Below, in pieces: positions 55,001-64,000 of a stretch of 64,000 bases of DNA; the first letter of the stretch is position 1, and the number at the start of each line of letters is the position of its first letter. This stretch comes from Bugula neritina (Eukaryota; Animalia; Bryozoa), in assembly GCA_964035545.1 (NCBI GenBank), contig OZ037765.1:31123504-31187503 (forward strand), given 5' to 3'. The notes under the pieces are model-generated. The model saw only the letters and a program-made list of their open reading frames with translations, searched no databases and was not told the origin of the DNA. The position numbers were made by a program, and so were the translations under genes.

Positions 55001-58000
55001 GCTGAGTCATCCCAAGTTTTCCCTACGGCCAATTGGCCAGAATGTTCGACATGTGAGGTGGGTACTGACAACTCCGCAACTTAGCAGCTCATAGATTTAT
55101 TTGTTACATAATGTAGTGCAATATATCATAATTATATGTAACAACTTCAGTTACTGCTTTAAGGCAAAATTAATTTACCCAGTTATCTTTCTATTTTTGA
55201 TTAGCTTACATATAAACAACCAATATTTAACCTTTTTGCATTGTACAAGATGAAGTTGTCTCACCTGTTTTATTTGTTACAGTCCGATAAGACCAGCCAT
55301 GCGTTGGAATATCAAAAGTGAGACTCCATTTTCTCTGTGTATCCCCGTATTGCGTCAGTTTCTTCAACAAAAACGTAAATATTGAACACTATCTGTATTT
55401 GTAAGGGATTCCTCTAGTTATAAATAGTATATTTATTTGTATAATCTGTGCTATTTTTATTCACAAGATATTTGTAATGCAATAAAATATAATTATATTT
55501 ACATACTTTAGTTTCAAAGTCAAGTTTAGTGGATCTTAAATATTAGTTATATATAGTCAACTCAAAATGATTCAATGTTGAAAACTGTGGATAAATGTTT
55601 TCCTTCTATAAATATATTGTGAAAAGCAAAATAGTTATGCTTTTAGTTCAGACTTGCTTTATAAAACTAACTCTGGTCATTTTTTATCAAACTGTTATTT
55701 TCCAAAAGTTGCTTACAATTTGATGCTCTCAGAAGAGGTGCTTCTGAGAACATGATTAGAAGTTTTCTTCTCTCTGTTACTCTCGAGTAAACCTGTTTTG
55801 GTTGAGTCATCATTGCTGCCTGGAGACTATTTCCAGTTCAAGGCTACCGTTGCTGCCTCATCACAACCTTGCAAACACCCGTAGTATCATGTCATGTATT
55901 TATATTTATTTTATGGTCTTTCTGCTGCTAGTAAGGAAGAGAGGGTTGAGGAAATTTTCAAATGACACCATGTTTCTGGTATCAAAGGCCTGTGCAGAGA
56001 AGTTGCGTCACATAATAATAGAGTGCATCACACTTATGGAGCATCGCCGGGAGTCTTATACAGTAAATACTATATACTATACTACTATATACTATACTAC
56101 TATATACTATACTACTATATGCTGTACTACTATATACTATACTACTATATACCATACTACTATATACCATACTACTATATCCTATACTACTATATACTAC
56201 TATATACTATACTACTATATGCTATACTACTATATACTCTATAATACTATATACTATACTACTATATACTCTATAATACTATATACTGTACTACTATACT
56301 ACTATAACTATATACTACTATATGCTATATACTACTATATACTATACTACTATATGCTATACTACTATATGCTATACTACTATATACTCTATAATACTAT
56401 ATACTATACTACTATATACTCTATAATACTATATACTGTACTACTATACTACTATAACTATATACTACTATATGCTATATACTACTATATACTATACTAC
56501 TATATGCTATACTACTATATGCTATACTACTATATACTCTATAATACAACATGTCTGGTAAAACACTAGTTTATTGATATTGTAGCAAAACCCGAACTTA
56601 ATAGTCACTAAAAACATACGCTCTTGTATCAGCTTTCTGAAGAGTTTGGAGGAGGTTGAGAGAGATAGAAAAGCTGCAGAAGAAAGGCAGGTGTACCTGA
56701 AAGCTGTGAAAGCTAGCAACAGGAACCCAGGTCCTGAGCTGGAAGAGTTGAAGAGGAAAGCTAAAGCTGTAAGGCTCATTATTTTGTCATACTACATAAT
56801 ATACACATTCATAGTAACGTATTCATAGTATTTGGTTATGTGAAAAGGTGTGAGCAAGTTTGATTGGTGGGTTGACAAAATTGTGTTGCAATTTTATGAA
56901 ACAGGTTTTTGTCAGTAACAAGTGGAATTGAAGCAACAAAAGATCATTTTTTCTGTTCTTTGGTACACATAATCTTGCAATAACTTAATGAAACCATTTT
57001 TAGCATCTCTGTATTTGGAGTTAATTTGACCGTAGAAATTCAAGTTGGTAGTTAATATGTGAATGTTTGTGTATTTTACAGTTGTTTAATTTAATAAAAC
57101 GTTTGTGTTTTTAACTGGTAAGTATGGTGGTTGGTCTGAAACCCTCAGACTTAGAGAAGTGCTGGTGGTGGCTCTTTACACTGAGGAATTGTCACCCTTG
57201 TCATGCATGTTGGTAGTCAAGCGGATGATAAACTAAGAGAATATTCTCTTTGCATGCCTTTCTTACCACAACCAAATATAAAACTGTCTGATTTTAAGCA
57301 CTGCAGAGTTGTGTGTGGAGTCAAAATATTTTCTAAAATTATGTAGAAATTCGTCCTCAAAAGGCACCATTCAACCTCACATTATAAATTCACAGTATGG
57401 TTTTTTGCTCTTCATGGTGGAATTTCCATTTATGTTGAGTAGCTGTAGTAAATATAAAACTCACTAATGCTATAAGATTGTGGCAGAAGATTTTTAATGT
57501 CATGTTCATTAAACTATTATATGCTTGCAGTTTAAAGAAGCTGAATATGAAATGGCACTCCTGAATAAAGCTAATGAGACAGCACTGAGAGAGAGTGCAC
57601 CTAGAAAGAGAAAATTTGGTCATTTAGTAAAGACTGAACAAACTGATTTGATGAATGTCACTCATGTATGTGTAAGATGAAGCCCTTTACTGCTTATGTT
57701 TCACTTAAACCAGGCGCTTTTACTTGAAGAGAAGTTTGTAGCATTTTGTTTATTAATTTCTTAAAAAGTTGAGGAAAGGCATATGTCAAACAGAAATCAT
57801 TGAAATCAATACTGAATCAGTTCCTTATTGACTGAAGCCATGCAGTGTTTTTGTGTTGTGAAATACTAATTTAAAGTCTAGTTTTCCATGTGCTGTAGAA
57901 ACACTCATACTGGTGTTGACTCGTTTCAGATGCAACCGAGACGGAAGAAGATCTGCAGAAGAGATCTGCAGTATGCACTCGAGAATGATCAAGACTTTTC

Positions 58001-58034
58001 CAAGTCACCAGCATTCTTTCGCTCATATTTTTGA
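52019..58034 (+). CDS. Divergent TFIID subunit 4-like protein (TAFH domain, histone fold, conserved C-terminal domain)
   Basis: TAFH-like KSILKLKSLLETIL..AGTIVPTQFISML..RNLPGLR; histone fold LRKRGLRKFSNDTMFLVSKACAEKLRHII; IRSCISFLKSLEEVERDRKAAEERQVYLKAVK..ELKRKAK; KANETALRESAPRKRK; final exon 57930-58034 RKKICRRDLQYALENDQDFSKSPAFFRSYF*, which aligns by eye with the TAF4 motif RDL..LE.E..S.LLY. Confidence 0.82.
53645..53870. repeat. 23-bp minisatellite (TATACTTTATACTATGCTRGTTA)
   Basis: About 8 copies in a TAF4-like intron. Confidence 0.92.
56066..56548. repeat. TACTA/TATAC low-complexity satellite with a higher-order ~120-bp duplication
   Basis: Starts just after the splice donor; explains the poly-Tyr ORFs. 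Confidence 0.93.
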
Positions 58035-58902
58035 TAAAAAGTTTTTCAAATTCTAATATCACTACTATTTAATATTTTGCTCATCTATCAAGATATTTTT
58101 CATTCTATTTTAAATCAATCAAATTTCTTTGAAAAAAAAACTTATTTTTTGAATGTTAGTTTATCATGTTCTTCTGAATCAAACATTTTTGTATGTTTGC
58201 TATTATTTTTTTGCCACCAGTATTATTGATTAGAATAGTATTCGTCAAATTGGATTCCAGTCACTAAATTAAAATATTAGTTGAATTTCATTTCAATGAT
58301 TCCAGTTAAGCTATTTATAATCTGTATATGCTTTTGCGATCATTTGTGTTCTAAGATAAGGCAAGTATATTTTGTATTTGTATTCTAAATTATTGTTCGT
58401 ATGCCTTTATGCAGTAATTTCAAATGTTGCTACAATTATTTGCTATGAGTATGTGTAAAACACAATAAATCTTCAACATACTACATATAATACACCTTCT
58501 GGTAATTAGCTGTAAATTTTCACTGTTAATGGAAATACAATCACACTTTTGTACTAATTGATTGTATCACTTCAACATCTTCTAAATTCTAGTTAGTTGT
58601 CATATGCTTAAGCAACATTAAAGTTGGGCATGTTAATAACGACTGCTGTCTGTGCGTAACAATAATATGTAAAACAAAGTTGTCCTCTCTACTTGTAAGA
58701 AGGTAAAGAAAATACGTATTAAAATGACGCGTTGCTATTGGTTGCGTGTTGAACAGAACGAGAAAAATTAGTTATGATAATACTATTGCCATGAGTATTT
58801 TGTCGGTTTCGTGTTGCTGCAGGTGCTTGAAAATAAAAAAAGAAGGTTCCTATTTTAAACTTGGATAACGATAAAGTCTGTATCAGTAAATTTTGCACAA
58901 AG

Positions 58903-61900
58903 ATGCCTGTTAGATTTAAGGTGCGTAAATATTATGAAAAATATTGAGTATGTGATAAGTATGAGTATCAGCTTTAATTTTAATTGAGAACCTGATATCA
59001 AAGTGAAAGTGAATGATGTTGATATTGTCATATTCATATTCACATTGATTAACTTTAATTTTTAAGCCATTGTCATTATGACTATGATTGTGACTGAACG
59101 TAAATCGTTGTGATTGGTAAAAGTTTGTTGCTGGGTACAGCAACAAACTTTTACCAATCTTTCGATTACTGCACCTATCTATAAGTATAAGTATAATGAA
59201 TAATCTAAAGATTTTACTACTATTTTACTAGCATATAATATATACACATTACATACACTAATTCAGTTTTAGTTTATGTTGTAAATATAATACTAATAGT
59301 AATAGAGATTAAATAAGCTATTTCTCAACTATAAGCTGTTATAGTAAAAAAAAATACAGAGCATGTAACATCAGTTAAAGTTGGCAATCTAAATAAATGG
59401 ACTTTTGATTAATTACTTCACCAGCAACTATGTGATTGATGTATATATATTTGTATTAGATATTATATAATATAATGGTTATTCAAACTGTCAGTTTGTT
59501 TGCAGGGTGATTCTGAGTATCATGAAAATTTTAAGTGGATTAGCTCACCAAAGAGTGCCACATTTTCTCCCACTAAGCAACAGCAAGCTGCAACTGCAGG
59601 TCTCAGTTCCCCACAAGTGAGTCACGTACAAGGTATGTTTTATTTATATATACATCAGTTGGCATATCTATTGCTAATAAATATTATGTCATTCTGTGTG
59701 AAATAGCTGTTTTTTTCTCGAAATACTTCAAATCTTGCAGACAAAAGTTACCCGATGGTAATTTTAGTAATCCTTTATACAAATTAAAGCATGAAGCATC
59801 AACTCAGAAATCATAATGTTGAACACTGTATCTTGAAACCACAGCTGCTAAGTAGTGACAGCATAGTTAATAAAGTGTTGGCTTAGCACTAATAATAGAT
59901 TGTTATTAAACGGCATCATAATCTGTAGTTAAGCTTTAGTCAGCTACTATGATACTGTTGACTTCTTAACATCATTTTAATAAATTTCAAATAATTTGTT
60001 ATCAATCAGTAAACAATTAGGTCTGCATTGTGTTAGTTTTATCAAAGTGATAAACTCCTGTTGTTTGGTTGTTGTGTATATGTGTAGCCTATAGAGTAAA
60101 GAATACTATGACAATATGTTTTGTAATATTTTATCAACCAGTTTACAATTGGTGCATGAACATTAACTGGATTGTATTCACAAATTTTTGCCTATAATAA
60201 TTTTTTTCTGTGCTGGTTATTAAAGTATATTGCATTTGATGTCATAGCTACTCCATTTATTTCTACTTTTGTAAACTGACCTGCAGACCATCATCAGATG
60301 CAAGCCGCATTAAACAGGAGACATAACTCCAAAATAAATAAGTTATGAGCTGCACATGGAAAATAAAACATTATGCTTTTTAAATCAGGGTTTATGGATG
60401 AGCCAGCTATTTTGCGAAAGAAAAAGCCTATCCCACTGATTACGACTAGCACTACTAAAATGTTTGACGAGGAGCTGGTAGTACCCGATGATTACATGCT
60501 ACTAGGGAGTCAAGAGAAATTCACAACCAACGTTCCTTACAAAGATTATCTGACTAAAAATCGCTCTAGAGTTTTAGGCACTACTTACGTGGTAAGTGAA
60601 TATTGTCTAATACTATTTTTGTTGTTTTGTATTGAAATTCTGATTTTTGAAAATTGTTTGTAAAATACAACAGTTGATTTTAAAAAATCAAAGTTTTAAA
60701 ATGAACTTTTCTTGAAGGCTCCATCTAAGCCTGTGGACTTTGAACAGCTGCAGCCTTCTCCCTCCAAACCTTTGGCTAAAATAAATTTTGACGCAGGTGC
60801 TCCTAAAAGACAAGGTAGGCATCTAAAAACTAAGGTGTGAATCTGTTTAAACAGTTCATCAACACTTCTTGTGACTTTATATTTGAAATTGTGAAAACAA
60901 TGAATTTAGAACTTTGGAAAACTAAATACCTCTATCTAAACATATAGTTTTTGCAGTTGCGGCTGTTATTACTGTTTGAAATGATAATCACTTTTTTATG
61001 TAAAGTGATAAGTTTATTTTCACATCATCATACGGTTTACCCAAAGCACTAGTGACAAATCATACGCATATTGTAACATATGTAGTTGCTAAGGAACAGC
61101 CACCAGTGGATGTTGAAGGTAGAGCTAAACCTGTTAACTTATCCAAGACCAGAGTCATTGCTAAGGAGCCAGCTATTCCTGTGGTATGACCATCCTATAA
61201 GTTGACAGCATTTCCATTAATATAAAGTATTGATAAGTATAGGAACGTGTAAAGTTTTGTTTACTTCAAGAAAAAGTTTTTTATCCAGTTTTGAGTTCTG
61301 ATAATTAACGATTTCCACTAGAAGTATTGTTAATGGATTCTTTTTATTCAGCCTGAATATCACTTCTGCAAAATGTTATCAATAAGTAGAAATTTCAATT
61401 AGAAGCCATCTATAGTACAACACTGCTTACATGTAAATAATTTTTCTTGCTTAATTACTTCATGTAATTTGAGTACCTGGCAGGATGTACTTTTGACAAA
61501 TTATGTAGTACTATATGCACACATACTTGCAGACATATATACATGCATGTATACATGTAGGACATATAAAAATGATATATTTACAGTATATACAGTAGGA
61601 AACAACTCTATTATAAACAATGTTATTACATGTTCCTCCAGTCTCCGCCCCACTCCTCTGTTAGTGGCAGCACCAGCTCCACCCCTAGGCAGATGGCTAA
61701 AACAAAGGTTATTGAAAAGCCAAAAGTTTCTCAACCTGTTCCTCGACAAGTGCAGGCTGAACTGTCTCATTCCCCTAATAAGTCCTCAGCTCTAGTTGTT
61801 GAAGCCAAGGCTAAATCAAAGCAAGATCCAAATGTTGATGTATGTAGATATTATGTTACAGATGAGTTTTATATTTATTCTTTCTTGAAATGTAAATATT

Positions 61901-63034
61901 TTAAAAGCCATGAGCATGAAATATTATTTTAGATCTGTAGAAACGTGGCAAATATTTAATGTCAGAAAAAACAATCGACTAAAATTAATATGTCTGCTTG
62001 TCTGTATGAAAATTATTTTCAACCTCCTCATTGTTCACGACTCAATGTTAAAACTGCTACAGTCAGGCAACTACTGTATGAAGCAACGTGACTATCCAGT
62101 GTATCAGTGATATTAGTATAGTTGTGAGAGATATGTTGTGCTGTGTTCAGGACTCGTATGCCATGAAGTATAGAGCCGGCATCGCCCCGCACCGAGTGAG
62201 CACTAAGAGGAAGTCAGAGTATGCGTACAAGTATGACTGGAAGAAACCTGTTGAGTCGACACCACTCCTTGCTGCTCAGCAGGTCTGTTTCTCTGCCTGT
62301 CTGTGTTATTACTACAGGGTGTTGCTATTACTACAGTGTTGTTATTGTTACAGAGTGTTGTTATTACTACACACTTGCTATTACTACAGAGTGTTGTTAT
62401 TACTACAGTGTTGTTATTGCTACAGAGTGTTGTTATTACTACACACTTGCTATTACTACAGAGTGTTGCTATTACTACAATGTGTTGTTATTACTACAGA
62501 GTGTTGCTATTATTACAATTTTGTTCTTGCTACATAATGTTGTTATTATTGCCGGGTTTTGTTATTGCTACATACTGTTATTATCACAATAGACTGTTGC
62601 TAAGTGTTGCTATTACTACAGAGTGTTTTACATGCAGCTTACAAATTATTTCTCATTATTATCACCAGCTCTGCCGTGCTTTTCTCAATACTGTGATGCA
62701 GTACAGTGTACGCTAACCACCTATGTTCTTATTACTCTGTTATGTGTTAAACTGTATGTCATTATTTACCAAACTTTAATTTGCCATGATAATTTATGTA
62801 ATATCTTATGTAGCATTATTTGTGGATGTTTTGACAATTTTCACTACATTATTGACTGCCTTTGGTTAGGTTGTCCACAATAACAACCCTCAGATTGCGC
62901 CATATAAAGTAGGCTTACCCAAGCAGAGCGAGTACAGCAAAGAGTTTAAACCATGGAAGTATAAACCAGTGGTGAGTCAGGATGATGCAATCGCTGTCTC
63001 CAGCAGTCTCAAGAAGACTATTAAGGGATCAAAG
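58903..63034 (+). CDS. MDM1: Nuclear protein MDM1 / centriolar microtubule-binding protein (5' part; continues beyond the window)
   Basis: Exon 1 MPVRFK (58903-58920) spliced to GDSEYHENFKW matches the MDM1 N-terminus MPVRFKG.SEY..NF.W; EPAILRKKK and repeated SEY motifs (KSEYAYKYDW, QSEYSKEFKPW) follow. Approximate exons: 59506-59631, 60389-60591, 60718-60814, 61086-61183, 61642-61839, 62151-62282, 62870-63034. Confidence 0.9.
59112..59159. repeat. Perfect 22-bp inverted repeat with a 4-nt loop
   Basis: GATTGGTAAAAGTTTGTTGCTG-GGTA-CAGCAACAAACTTTTACCAATC. Confidence 0.95.
62305..62622. repeat. ~18-20-bp minisatellite (TGTTATTACTACAGAGTGT) in an MDM1 intron
   Basis: Directly visible degenerate copies. 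Confidence 0.9.
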
Positions 63035-63049
63035 GTGAGGGTAGTTTAC

Positions 63050-64000
63050 TGTCACAAATTCTGAGTGTACATATACCTATAAATAGACTTACCGGGTTTT
63101 TCCTAATGATTATACAGGAATGTTCATAAATATTCTAGACTAATCAAAGAGATGGGTCATTGTTCATTGTTACTGTTTTGGTTAGTCATGTTAACTACTG
63201 CCCAGCAATGTAAACAAGGTATTGCGCAATAATTGCGAAATAACCATGGAAATTCCAATGTTTTGTTTTGTTTTGATTTTCTATAAATAGTATTGGCATG
63301 TGGGGAATGTTTTCTACTAGAATCTTCTATACTGGAATGCTTGAGAATGTTCTAGAGTGTTTTGTTTACTATAAATACTGAGGCAGTTGTGTTTACGAAT
63401 CAGTTCACTCTTATAAGTTCATCTGTGCATATCTTACTGAAGAAATAAAGTCTACTCTATTTACTCTCAACTGGATTAGCAAGCTGTATGCTACTTGTCT
63501 CTATACTTCTGACTACCAGACTTTTCGAACTCGTCACACTGCTACCAACAGTTTTGTGACAATTGGGGGCTGCTCCGGGAAGTCTCAGTCGCACACAGGG
63601 AAGTTATTAGTTACAACGTGAGTATACACAGGATTAATTAACAGTTGTTGAGACATTATGGCGTTGTTGGAGAGAGTGACACAGATGGGTAAAGACCTTG
63701 GGTTGGTGGAGGACAAGCTCATAGCTTTTGTTGAAAAGAACCTACCCATTGTTGCTGCACAAGAAGAAAAAGAAAAGGACCGAGAGGAACGTAGATTAGA
63801 GCGTGAGGCAGAAAAGATCAGGCAAGAGAATGAGAAAGCCTTAATGGAGATGAAGATAAAAGCTGATCAGGAGGCAACGGCATTCAAGGTTAAAGCTGAT
63901 CAGGAGACAATGGCACTCAAGATAAAAGCTGACCAGGAGGCAGAAGAGAGAAGACAACAACATGAATTAGATATGGAAAAGCTGAAAGCTAACACAAGTT
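63050..64000 (+). mobile_element. Ty3/Gypsy-type LTR retrotransposon, 5' end (LTR 63050-63561, PBS 63564-63580, gag from 63658)
   Basis: LTR bounded by inverted TGTCACAAA...TTTGTGACA with internal TATAAATA and AATAAA; PBS TGGGGGCTGCTCCGGGA matches the tRNA-Pro complement TGGGGGCTCGTCCGGGA with 2 mismatches; open ORF follows. Confidence 0.9.
63658..64000 (+). CDS. Gag-like ORF of the LTR element (open to the window end)
   Basis: MALLERVTQMGKDLGLVEDKLIAFVEK...DREERRLERE...RQQHELDMEKLK: coiled-coil N-terminus resembling Gmr1-like/SCAN Gypsy Gag; 114 codons without a stop. Confidence 0.8.
   Translation, partial: MALLERVTQMGKDLGLVEDKLIAFVEKNLPIVAAQEEKEKDREERRLEREAEKIRQENEKALMEMKIKADQEATAFKVKADQETMALKIKADQEAEERRQQHELDMEKLKANTS

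Noticed and set aside
55802-56569. 255-aa Tyr-rich ORF
   Set aside because: Only about 55932-56062 is the TAF4-like histone-fold exon; the rest is intron and TACTA satellite.
58731-58745. RFX X-box in the MDM1 promoter (GTTGCTATTGGTTGC)
   Set aside because: Only one half-site fits; plausible for a centriolar gene but too weak to call.
59112-59159. Canonical pre-miRNA
   Set aside because: A perfect stem with a 4-nt loop is atypical of Drosha/Dicer substrates, and I recognise no known miRNA.
62088-62883. Cys/Tyr/Leu-rich ORFs
   Set aside because: Read-through from an MDM1 exon into an intronic minisatellite.

Overview
AT-rich, intron-rich animal (invertebrate-like) genomic DNA; the taxon cannot be fixed from the sequence alone. 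Seven spliced protein-coding genes can be reconstructed by hand: MCM6 (+), an arylsulfatase-B-fold protein (-), triosephosphate isomerase (+), a KCTD1/15 orthologue (+), LSM14 (-), a strongly diverged TAF4-like gene (+) and MDM1 (+, runs off the window). An intact-looking Gypsy-type LTR element (512-bp LTR, tRNA-Pro PBS, gag) sits 15 nt into an MDM1 intron. There are also two TA-flanked MITEs, SINE/LINE remnants and many intronic minisatellites. Main observations: (1) the sulfatase keeps an intact 544-aa ORF with a signal peptide and GPI-like tail but has lost nearly all catalytic residues, so it is a probable cell-surface pseudo-sulfatase; (2) AP-2 (TFAP2)-type motifs cluster in the enlarged TPI introns and around KCTD1/15, suggesting a bystander-gene enhancer block and a feedback loop; (3) a drifting 6-bp periodic sequence marks the 5' ends and first introns of MCM6, TPI, LSM14, TAF4-like and MDM1; (4) the TAF4-like gene looks like a fast-evolving paralogue arranged head-to-head with LSM14. 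Exon coordinates were read manually and may be off by a few nt.
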